A stretch of DNA of 33,421 bases from Craspedostauros australis. Lineage: Eukaryota. Within the stretch, counting starts at the first letter, position 1; the number at the start of each line of letters is the position of its first letter. A model generated the notes under the pieces. The model did no database searches, was not told where the DNA came from, and was given only the letters and a program-made list of their open reading frames with translations. Below, in pieces: positions 21,326 to 31,098 of this stretch. The position numbers and the translations under genes are program-made. Where the stretch lies: contig JALAGF010000595.1 of NCBI GenBank assembly GCA_030167865.1, positions 1-33,421 of the forward strand, given 5' to 3'.

Positions 21326-23236
21326 TCATCTAGCGGATGCGCCATCATAGGCCCCGATACTTCCGTTCGCGTCGCCGGCAGCCCTTTGATTCTGTATGTT
21401 CTCGTGCTGCTTGGCGTCGGCCTCCGACTGCGGCAGCATCGGCGGCGGTTTCGTGTCGATGTCCACGAATTCGATGCCCTCGAACTTGAGCTTTCCGTGG
21501 AACTCCACCTCCTCCATCAGAATGTTGCCCGTCGTAACTTCCAGGACGGAAAGGTACGTTCGCTGCTTGCAATCGCGCCACAGCTCTTCCATGGTGTCAC
21601 CAGCACAATCCTCCTCGACGCTGCGGACGATGAGGGCGTGGTGATCCTTGGTGTTGGGAACGAATGAGAATGCGGCGAAGCCACGCAGTCCTGCCTCCGA
21701 ATCATGATAATCCACCTGGATGACGGTGGAATCTGTAAAGTCTTCATTGATCAGAACGATCTTGTTGGAACCCAGCCTCTCGTCGAGAGCTGCGACGTAT
21801 TCGTGCTTCGAGATGCGACGTGGCAAGACGACCCAATTGCGCAGGTGCTCGGACCATCGCACGGCCTCTTGCACCAAGTATCCAGGGTACTGCGCATGCA
21901 TGACCTTGCGGATGTAGTCGTATTTGCTGGTCCAGTTCTCGCGTCGGACCTGGCCGTTCGGTGAGATGATGACGACCCATAGGGGCGCCATGCTTCGGAT
22001 CGACCCATCGCGGTTGGTGTACTCCTTGCCGATGCTCCCCAAATACAGCTCACCATCCTTCACGGCCGACCATTCCCATTTCATCCCCTTATCGGACGAT
22101 GTCCCATCACCCTCCATGAAGACCGTCCGAGGTATGACCCTCGACGACGCGCCATCGTTGGAATTGAGAATTTCCACCAGCGCGCCGGTGCGGTCGTCCA
22201 CGGTGAGCAGCCTTCGCTCGTACAGCACCAGATCGGAGTACTCCGCGCCGCGACCAGCCTCGTTGTGACGTGTGACGATCTCCCTGCTCTCACCGACGGC
22301 GATGGAATATTGCGCTCCGCCGCGCACGTGGGCAGAATCGCGATGAATGATGCCGGACAGCAGCTCTGCACGAAAGGAGGGCTTCTTCGCATCGGGGACG
22401 AGACTGAGACGATCCAGGTCGGTGATTGCGACGAATTTAAAGCTCGTGTGATCGGGCATGGTGGCATCCTCTGGATGGAAGTAGCCAGACTGCACGGCTC
22501 CCAAAAAGTGCGAATCGTACATTGGCTGCCCCTGGTTGATCAGCGTCGATGACGCCAACTGCTGCTGCTGCTGCTGCTGCTGACGGCGACTAGGATCAGT
22601 CTGCGAGTTTCCACCTGGGGTCTGCGATGGAAAATGGGAATTGGACAACGACGCGCCGTTGGTCGGGAGTGATTTTTGCTGCTGTGCCAAGTCTGCCGCC
22701 CTTGGTTGGACGAGATCCCGCTGCTGCTGAGAACCAAGCTCCCAAGTGCGGACATCATCCGAACTTATCACGACCACAAAGATGACGAAGAAGATGGTGG
22801 CGACCATGGCCTGGAACGGCTTGCCGCAGAACCCAAACTGATGCTTGTCACCGAAAAGGAAACGCCTGATCCTCGCATTCGGAGCATTGTGGTGGTGCGA
22901 ATATGCACGCGACGTGAACTGCCCAGCCGGCGAAGAGGACGGACCCGACGATCCGGAAATGCCCGCCGACGATGCGTAATGCAGGTTTCCCGTGCTGTTG
23001 CTGCTCATGTTGATGTTGCCGTGGCTGATCGTTTTGGGGACGCTGTTGTTGCCACCACCACCGCCGCCGCCGCCACCGCCACTACCGTTGCCCAAGGTCT
23101 GCGTGCTGTGGCTGTGCGTCAGAGGCAGCATGTCATTGTTTGACATCGACGATGAATGGAAGTATGTTGGCAATGCATAGTTTGCGCTCTTCGGAGACGT
23201 CGTCGAGCGTGCTCGTGACAATCGCAAGGAGGCCAT
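21326..23236 (-). CDS. Calcium-activated nucleotidase / apyrase (CANT1, Cimex-type), type II membrane protein (~636 aa)
   Basis: Motifs ITDLD, GRGAEYSDL, VDDRTG, KGMKWEW, GSIGKE, GYLVQEA..WS, LPRR, RGF..F.FVP and KFEGIEF; a single TM AMVATIFFVIFVVVISS after a Gly/Ser-rich tail. First ATG taken at 23236 (the ORF-track start is TTG). Confidence 0.92.
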   Translation of the reverse strand: MASLRLSRARSTTSPKSANYALPTYFHSSSMSNNDMLPLTHSHSTQTLGNGSGGGGGGGGGGNNSVPKTISHGNINMSSNSTGNLHYASSAGISGSSGPSSSPAGQFTSRAYSHHHNAPNARIRRFLFGDKHQFGFCGKPFQAMVATIFFVIFVVVISSDDVRTWELGSQQQRDLVQPRAADLAQQQKSLPTNGASLSNSHFPSQTPGGNSQTDPSRRQQQQQQQQLASSTLINQGQPMYDSHFLGAVQSGYFHPEDATMPDHTSFKFVAITDLDRLSLVPDAKKPSFRAELLSGIIHRDSAHVRGGAQYSIAVGESREIVTRHNEAGRGAEYSDLVLYERRLLTVDDRTGALVEILNSNDGASSRVIPRTVFMEGDGTSSDKGMKWEWSAVKDGELYLGSIGKEYTNRDGSIRSMAPLWVVIISPNGQVRRENWTSKYDYIRKVMHAQYPGYLVQEAVRWSEHLRNWVVLPRRISKHEYVAALDERLGSNKIVLINEDFTDSTVIQVDYHDSEAGLRGFAAFSFVPNTKDHHALIVRSVEEDCAGDTMEELWRDCKQRTYLSVLEVTTGNILMEEVEFHGKLKFEGIEFVDIDTKPPPMLPQSEADAKQHENIQNQRAAGDANGSIGAYDGASAR

Positions 23237-24900
23237 CTTGCAAGTGTAGCTTGCCTGCTTTGATGGTCCTTGGTGGTGTTGGCGGTATCGCTTGTTGCAA
23301 TGCCGGCTTCGGCTGTGGTAGTGGTCGTCGTCGTCGTCGTCGTCGCGATGAGAAATGACCAAGAGGGAATCACACAACTGTGAAAGTGACCACAGAGAGA
23401 GAGAGAGACTCAAAAGGGCACGATGTGATGGATGTTGTCGATGTGGTGGTTGTGACCGTTGCGTTGGTTGTTTTCACAAGAATTGTGGGTCCGTTGGCGT
23501 TTGTGGAAAAGTGTGTGACTCCGTGATTCAATTCCGCCGTTGCGGCATGCAGTCTTGTGATAGAGACGAAAATAACAATAGAGAAGTACCAATATTGGGG
23601 TACTCATCCTGTCCAGCCCCATCATGCAACTGATTGTTCGAACTAGACAGGCTCCCTCTCTGACATGGTAGCTCGTATGTGCATGCGAATAGCATTCGAG
23701 TATAATACATGTACCACTACTTGCATGACACGATGCAGCACGCGCAACCCTTGCATTACCCGTGAGAGATTGTATGTGCTTGGAAGATGAGCATTCGTGG
23801 AATCCTTTTGGCTGGAATCCAAACGGCACAGTCTGGGCAATCTGCAAGGAGATCGTTAAGGGGGATTTCTGCTGTGACAGAACAACCTGCCAACATCAAT
23901 TGTTGATGTTCGTCTCCACTTCGGCGTAAGAATACCATCGAAGAGATGCACGTGTGATGCAACACAACAGAGGGACGAAGTTGAGCAAGAACTATGACAG
24001 CTATCGAGGAAGGGTCTCTTCGTGTGGTTGGCGATGTTCTGGAGCTGGAGCATCTACACGTGTGCACGCGCGTTTGTCTTCCCTGCCTCCACGTGTACGA
24101 GCTGCTCGTATTCATGTGGATGCATCCCCAGGGATGCGTTGCCATGCGCCATCTGTGCGGAGGAACTGCCGCCTGCTGCTCCTTGAGGAGGACCGGAGGT
24201 GGGAGATGCCGCATGTATAGCATGACATGGCATCGTATGGCATCGCACCACGTGCAACTACTCTGGAGTAATCAACTGCAGCGGCGTATGTATGTTTGTA
24301 TGATACGAGTACTGCAGCTCGTCCTACGCTCTACATATGAGTGCGTAGAATGCTCACGAGAGTCGAACTGTTCATGACAACCACTGACTTCTTTTCCATG
24401 TTGTGATCGCGGATGGATGGAACGAAAAAGAAATTATTCCGGCTAGTTGAAGGTCACAGAGAACAATACGTTTCTCCGAAAAATGACTGGCGATCCCATC
24501 AATGCCCAACAAAATCGGCACTGCACACCAAACAGCCCAAACCTGCAACCGTTCACGAAGTTGCAGCCAAACCACCCACACCACGATCACACCCAGCAAG
24601 GATCAACATGTCGCGGCGACGCCGCAACGAAGCCGCGAACCATCGTCGGACGCTGCGACTCGCAACACAAGCGGCGCGAACGCCACTCGCATTGGATGGG
24701 TTCGAGCGGCGTGAATGTCCGCAGAATGCGAAGTTGCAGAACACAAGCGGAATGGCAAGTGAGGTCCCAGACCAAGAAAATCAATCATCGAACCACCTGC
24801 CTCTCTCACAAAAATCAAGAGCGCTGAACTCCAACATCTGCAACAATAACAGCAACCAAAACATCAGCAACGTTCAAGCATCAACAAGCAACCGCACATC

Positions 24901-26424
24901 ATGACATCAGCCATCAAGAAGGATGAGCAATACGAGTACGCAGATGCAACTGCGACTGCGGCTGTCACGCAGAACGCAAGCCACAAGGCCCAACCAACCG
25001 CAGTCGATCTGGCCTCTGCATTGTCGCACTCGAACCTTTGGGAGATGATGCTGCTGTCCAACAGCAGCACAAACAGCAGCACCACCAACATCGGTGCCAA
25101 CATCGACGCCAACAGATACCAAAACATCGCCAAGTCGTCGCACATGGACCAAGCAGCCAAGCGCAACGGATTGGTCAACCAGTCGGGACCGGCAGGCACG
25201 AGCGCGTCGATGCCCAACCCATTCACAACGCAACCAAACATGTCTTCCACGGCCTCCCACAGCAACGCAAATGCCGAATTGATGCGACTTGCAAGCGCCA
25301 TCAGCGCAACCAGCAAGAGCAGCCTTGCGCTTGCTCATGCGCGTTCGCAGCTATCTCAGCAGCAACACAAGGCCGCATCGCTCGTGACCACCAACCACAT
25401 CCAAAATCACCTCAAGCAATCTTCTCCATCCATGAGGCGTCTTCTCAAACGGTCGAAACAGAATGGAAAGTTCCTGCCCGACAAGTCCATCAACCATCAT
25501 CATGCAGCAACGAAGCAGCAGCTCTCAGCATCGATGCCGTCGCCATCGCTATCGCCATCTGCCGCGTCGTCCACATCTTCACCACGCACGTCGACATCGC
25601 CATCGTCATCATCATCGTCACCACCATCATCATTGGTCCCGCCTGCAAACTACCCATTCGCGAACCAGCTCATGAACTGGATGCAAGGCAGCAACAATCG
25701 TCTCCCGCAGGCATCCATGGCGTTCCCCAACAGCCAGCAGCATTCGATGAAGGAGACGGCCGTCGTCCACAACCACGCTGACATCGCAAACTTGCAGCAG
25801 CATCGCCATATCCATGCAAATGATATGGTCAACCAGCCAGCGTTTATGCAGAATGCCCCTGCCGATCTATCCCAACTAGCAGCTGCACCCACTGTGACGG
25901 CTCCAGGGCTGGGCCACACGTCAGAACCTGAAAACGCGCCAGTTCGCTTCAGATCGTACCAGGCGGAGAACTGGACGGCGAAGTACGAGGAGCTGCTAGA
26001 GTATCGTCTCAAGCACAACCATTGCATGGTGCCAAACGCGTGCCAGGACAATCCAAGCCTCGCGGAATGGGTGAAGAGGCAGCGGTATCAAAAGAAGCTG
26101 AGGATGCTCGGCAAGCATTCCACAATGTCGGATGATCGGATCCACGCTCTCGAAATGCTCGGTTTTGTCTGGAATTCTCATGATGCTGTCTGGGAGGAGC
26201 GTCTCAAAGAGCTCAAGGAGTACAAGAGTGTGCATGGCTCGTGCAACGTGCCAAGCAAGTACCCGCAGAACCCGCAGCTTGCCATCTGGATCAAACGCCA
26301 GCGTCGTCAGTACAAGTTCTTCCACAGCAACCAGCCATCCACCATGACGACATACAGAATCGATCGACTCAACGAATTGGGTTTCGCATGGAACGGCCGC
26401 CTCAAAGCCAGCGCGAAGAAGTGA
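24901..26424 (+). CDS. Protein with two C-terminal helicase-associated (HA) domains and a long low-complexity N-terminus (507 aa)
   Basis: Two repeats of W...Y/L.EL.EY...H..C.VP.....NP.LA.W.KRQR.Q....M...RI..L..LGF.W; Ser/Gln/Asn-rich N-terminus; no helicase motifs. 5' end uncertain. Confidence 0.9.
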   Translation: MTSAIKKDEQYEYADATATAAVTQNASHKAQPTAVDLASALSHSNLWEMMLLSNSSTNSSTTNIGANIDANRYQNIAKSSHMDQAAKRNGLVNQSGPAGTSASMPNPFTTQPNMSSTASHSNANAELMRLASAISATSKSSLALAHARSQLSQQQHKAASLVTTNHIQNHLKQSSPSMRRLLKRSKQNGKFLPDKSINHHHAATKQQLSASMPSPSLSPSAASSTSSPRTSTSPSSSSSSPPSSLVPPANYPFANQLMNWMQGSNNRLPQASMAFPNSQQHSMKETAVVHNHADIANLQQHRHIHANDMVNQPAFMQNAPADLSQLAAAPTVTAPGLGHTSEPENAPVRFRSYQAENWTAKYEELLEYRLKHNHCMVPNACQDNPSLAEWVKRQRYQKKLRMLGKHSTMSDDRIHALEMLGFVWNSHDAVWEERLKELKEYKSVHGSCNVPSKYPQNPQLAIWIKRQRRQYKFFHSNQPSTMTTYRIDRLNELGFAWNGRLKASAKK

Positions 26425-27327
26425 GGATCGCCGTCGATGTCATCAGGCGAACACGCACAGAGACAGAGAGAAATGGGGGCTGACACCTGCATGTGGCGAA
26501 AATAGTGTGCACACAACACGCATCAACTACGTCAGCGCCAACATCCATCAGCCAATCTTCGCGGTTCTCAAAAGGCACTGAGGAACAGCGAAAACGAAAG
26601 TACCGCCAGTGCCCACGAAGCCGGAACATCGCCGCGCCATGCTTCGTGGAAAGTGGAGCAACAGAGAGAGAAGCAAGCAACCGGGGCACTGAGCAACTTT
26701 GCGTCGACATGAATGATATAATACTATTTTATGCTATTATATAATATAATAAATACAAACATAGACATACAGAAATGGAATCCGAGTACAGTGGTTGAAC
26801 GCTGTAGTAGTACAGGTGCACAGTTGTATTCTGCAACGATTGCGAAAAGCACTATTGATAACCAAGCATTCTATCAGTTCTATTGTATTACATTCTCGAG
26901 CACTCTGTTCTGTTCAACTCAAACCGCACCTGTATCCAATTACACGTACTCGTATGGAAAGCAGCGGGCGCGAACTGGACCCAATGTGGCCAAGGAGCGC
27001 AGCGGTGAACCTGCACGGCTCCGCGAGTGTGTTTGATGCAGGCGAATTGACACAACGCAGACGACGATGATGTACGAGCTATGTGACATCATGGCCGCAA
27101 GAGTTGGAAGCAGCGAAAAGGAAAACAGAATACAATCGGCAGCGTACAAGTATGTCGGCCAAGTTGCCCATGCCCCATTGCGTCGATGGACGAGCTACTT
27201 GTGGGGAGAAAGGAGACAATGTGTCATCATCGTCCTCGTGTTGGACAATTCATCAGTCGATGAACGGATCGAAAAGGCAAGAGGAGACTGCGGCGTGTTT
27301 GTTCTTGTCTGTTCCGTGTTCGTGCAC

Positions 27328-27337
27328 AAAAGCAAAA
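27328..27337 (-). terminator. Probable RNA polymerase III terminator (TTTT-GC-TTTT) after tRNA-Asp
   Basis: Two T4 runs on the minus strand starting 3 nt after the tRNA discriminator base. Confidence 0.6.
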
Positions 27338-27339
27338 TG

Positions 27340-27411
27340 CTCCGACACGGGGAATCGAACCCCGGTCTCCCGCGTGACAGGCGGGGATACTAGCCACTAT
27401 ACTATGTCGGA
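27340..27411 (-). tRNA. trnD: tRNA-Asp (GUC), intronless, CCA not encoded
   Basis: Minus strand TCCGACA TAGTATAGTGGCTAGTAT CCCCGCCTGTCACGCGGG AGAC CGGGGTTCGATTCCCCG TGTCGGA G: 7-bp acceptor stem, GTC anticodon, GGTTCGATTCC B-box; 72 nt. Confidence 0.98.
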
Positions 27412-27541
27412 TACGACCGTTCCATGTTGTGTCTACCGTGCTGCCGTCAACATTCAAAAATATTGTACTTAGTAAGTCTTCAACAATGTTGTGCTCAATT
27501 CAAAAGCAGCCAAATTGTGCTTTCTTCTGCTCTCCCATCAC

Positions 27542-28278
27542 TGTTGGAAATCTGGGGTTATGATAGTAGTAGTAATCTAAGCTATTATTAGATTGTACCG
27601 TGTTAGAACTGTGAGCTCAAACTCGTCATCTCTTTCGATTTCAATTTCATATCAGCCATCTTCCGTGATAGCATCATGCCATACTGCTGTGTTCTTGTGT
27701 TGTCATCATGTCCTTTCATCATGCATCTTCGTATGTATCTCATGACGCCTTTCATCAGGCATCTTCATCATGCATATCCTCATGCTCGTTCTCATCTACA
27801 TTCATGCAGTACGATTCCGCAGTCATGCATCTATATCGTCACAGGTTTCGCCTTCAATCCCGTGATGTCTTGATTGCGCCTGTTTTACGATTGGTGTCAT
27901 GTTGATTGCTTTTCTGAATCATTCTGATTGTCTAATCATACGAATGATCCAGTCCGTGGGAGGCACTTGATGTCTTTCTCCAGATGGGGCGCGACACTTG
28001 CCGGTTGGTCATCGATCTTTCTCCCATGACGTCGTCGGTTGATTTGGCGCGTTGTCGTGTTTGATGTTGGGACATGCTGCCTTGCGCCGTTTGGTTTTCT
28101 TGTTAGAGGAGGACAGGCTTGTTTTCTTGGTAAGAGGGCGCGATGAACAAGAGTCGTTTTGTTCAGTCGTGTCAAGGGTGTGATCAATAAGATTCGGTTT
28201 GTTCAGTCGTGATTGATAATCTTGGGAGGTGCGACAATCATGGGTATCTTGACAAAGCCGTACTCTCGATTCCTAACA
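27542..28278. mobile_element. LTR copy 3 (737 bp)
   Basis: TGTTGGAAAT...ATTCCTAACA with imperfect terminal inverted repeats; homologous to copies 1 and 2. Internal ~26-bp imperfect direct repeat at 28146-28171 / 28186-28211. Flanks ATCAC / GGCTC are not a TSD; no PBS or PPT recognised. Confidence 0.88.
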
Positions 28279-30483
28279 GGCTCATCATGATGAGATGAGT
28301 CCAAATCATGCGTGTGATGACATCGAGGGATTGTGGTATCCACCAAATGGGGCTGTCCGAAGCACCAAACATGCATGTCCATGCTGAGGGGTCGAAGACG
28401 ATGTTGCCATGCGCAACGGCCTGGTTCGACTTGTAGTCATCGTTGTGACTAGAAGTGCCATGGTAAAAGTGCCAATGGTTGCACTTGGCACACCAGTAGT
28501 AGGTCTTGTTGTTGACCATCTTCTGGTGCGGCTTGTTTGCCTTTGGTGCGATGGTCTTCCACTCGTTGGCCTTGTTCTTTCCTCGTTTCTTGTTGTTGGT
28601 CCACTTGCCCTGTCCCTGAGCAGACTTTCTGGGTGCATTCGATGCCCCCTTCTTGCCTCCTCCGTGCTTGTAGCGCGTAGGCCCGGTGGTTTGATGGCTG
28701 TTCCTGGGAGTGATGACCATGGCGAGCTCTTGGCTGGCTTCGGATGCGAGATGTGCTCCGTAGCAAGGAACACAGCGGTTGTTGGTCTGCAAAGCTGCCC
28801 TTCAGCGCCCGGCATTCAGTTCATGCTTGTACCGATCCGAAGCTGTGTTACAGATATTACGCCACATCAGCTTGCGTTGCAGCAGCTCATGCATGGCTCG
28901 ATCCTTCAGAAGACTTTTCACATCGTGCAGGCCCTTCCGAACATCCAAGGACAAGATCCGCAACTCATGTTGGTAGTTGGCCAAGATGTTGTCTTGGGCA
29001 CCACCGAGAAGGAAGCTGTCCACCATGGAGCGGAGAAGGTCGAGCAAAAACTCGTCGTTGTCCGTCAGTTGTTGCGCGAGTCTGATGATGTCATCTGCCA
29101 TCAAACGGATGATCTCGCCTGGGTACTGCTGGGGAGTGATCTTGCGGATGGTGTCACGGATGTTGGGGAACCTATCCTCAATGCCAGGATCGATCTCGTT
29201 CATGAGCTCCATGATCAGCATACAGATGTTGTCGACATATGCTGGGTCCAAGCATTTGGTGAGGTTGTTCTCCAAGGAGTGGTGCAGACTCTTGTGGAAG
29301 GGTTCCGCGACGGACACCAGGATACGCTTGTTGTATTCATCATACAACGGCATGCACTGATCGATGGCGGCAAGGACATTGTCGAAGTTGAAGAGACCTG
29401 GGGAGTCGAGGATGCATACCATCTTGGTCCTGTTGTGGTTGCCTGGAAGGTACGTCACAGAATCAAGACCTCAAAGGATGCAAGCATGCTTGAAGAGGCG
29501 GAAGAAGCGCTGGATATCGTCTCTTCTCTTGAATCGCGGTGTGATATCTTTCTCGATCTCTCGTTTGGGCTTTGACGTCGGCTCCGTTGTGGATTGAGGG
29601 CTTCTGGTAGCTGTGCTGATACCCAAGGGTGTCATCAGCAAGTCCTGACCAGTCACTCAAGGGCATGCCTCCAGTCCATGGGAAGAACTGTCCTCCCTCC
29701 TCCATGATGTTGCCCATGATAGGCTTGATGGGCTTGCATGGAGTGGGAGTTCTGAATGATGTGGCATCATCCAGCATGCTCATGATGCGCTTGTCAGGCT
29801 CGTCGCCTCCTGAAGGTGAGTCCATGGGCGAGGTCACCATCGTGTTGAACTCAACAGCGCGGGTTTGGAGCTTGGCACTTTTGGCCTGAAGTGCTCATTG
29901 CTCTTGTTCGAGAGTGGCCTCCCTGTTTTGGAGGTCCAGTTCGCGTGCAGTCATTGCATCAAGTTGCTGCTGCAGTTCGGCGCGGAGATTAGTGATCTGC
30001 TCAATGGCCAATTGGATGTCTTGCATCTGCGGTTGTTGTTCCGCTGCTGCTTGCGGACTGGTAGCGGAGTCACAGGATTTGTTGGCAGCTGGTTGTTGAT
30101 CTGCGGCAGTGTGTTGCTTGGTGGCAAGTCATTGCTCTTTGGCAGCACGTTGCTTGGCAGCGCGTTGCTCGGCAGCAAGCTGCTTGGCAGTGGGTTCAAT
30201 TGCAGGCATGTTACCAGCTTCTGGCTGGCCGCCTGCGGGTGCTCTGCCCTCATTCATGATGGGAGTGTCAGGGATCCTTTGTCCTCAGGGAGGGTGAAAT
30301 CGATCGATGTGGGCTGCAGCTTCGATCCAACTTCCAATTGGCGGAAAGTGTGCACTGGATTCACTCTGTAACTGCTAGTGGCTCGTCTGGCAAGCTTGGT
30401 GTTGGTTGGTTGGGGCTCAAGTCCCAGTTGCAGTTGGCAGAGGAAGTCTTATCCGATGGTAGGTTTCAAGTAGATAGTTGCAT
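28279..30483 (-). pseudogene. Copia (CoDi-like) gag region, degenerate
   Basis: Frameshifted minus-strand pieces: coiled-coil N-terminus with a 15-bp tandem repeat (~30105-30190), PWTGGMP..DWSGL, ITPQQYPGE.I, a basic stretch and the zinc-knuckle-like KTYYWCAKCNHWHFYHGTSSH; cut by LTR copy 3. 5' end approximate. Confidence 0.7.
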
Positions 30484-31098
30484 GATTAGGGCTGGGGTGT
30501 TAGTGAGCAATGCAGAAGGACAGGTTAGCAGGTTGTTGAAACAAGATCAGACTTCACCCAGGGTGGGACCTCCTTCCTTGAAAGCCATGACCACGATGTC
30601 AATGGGCTCAGGTGTTGTTCGTGTATCCTTTATCATGGTCATGTTCCATAAATGGGCTGCATCATAAGAGAGATGCATACAGCTGTTTCTTTGTGCATGA
30701 GAGACCTCACTGTCACCAAGGCTTCCCATCGGAGGGGACACAGGATCGGTGGTCACATATGCACACCAGTTTTTCGTCAAGATGACGATGGCACCACAAA
30801 CAGTTCGACAAGCAACGGACAACAGGGTGGTCGAGTCCGTTTTGAGTGCAAATTGACATAGTACTAACTTAGTGTTGTAACTGTTTGGGGACCCCGTAGG
30901 ATCCCTGCGGACGTGTCTGTGGAGGTGGTGTTTCGCATCGTTGTTGTGGTGGTGGTTCCGAACTCTTGTGTCCAGCAACCAGCACTTCACGCATCACTGT
31001 TCCCATACGCACCAACGCGATACCCCTTGCAATTCTGTTGCACAACTGCTGGTTCTCAATAACTGTTTCCCCGAAACCATGGGGCTTCGCTTTGCTTC

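Noticed and set aside
24413..24904. 163-aa ORF whose TGA overlaps the HA-gene ATG (ATGA), like bacterial translational coupling
   Set aside because: Eukaryotic locus; TTG start and no domain. It could hide an upstream exon or uORF, but the sequence alone does not support a call.
1..28278. One giant LTR element bounded by same-orientation LTR copies 1 and 3
   Set aside because: The two LTRs are too divergent internally, no PBS/PPT is visible, copy 1 interrupts an RT mid-domain, and the left flank is outside the window.
30873..31030. Possible remnant of the 5' LTR of the gag element (TGTTGTAACTGTTTGGGG resembles TGTTGGAAATCTGGGG)
   Set aside because: Similarity is limited to ~18 bp; no opposite LTR end or recognisable PBS was found.
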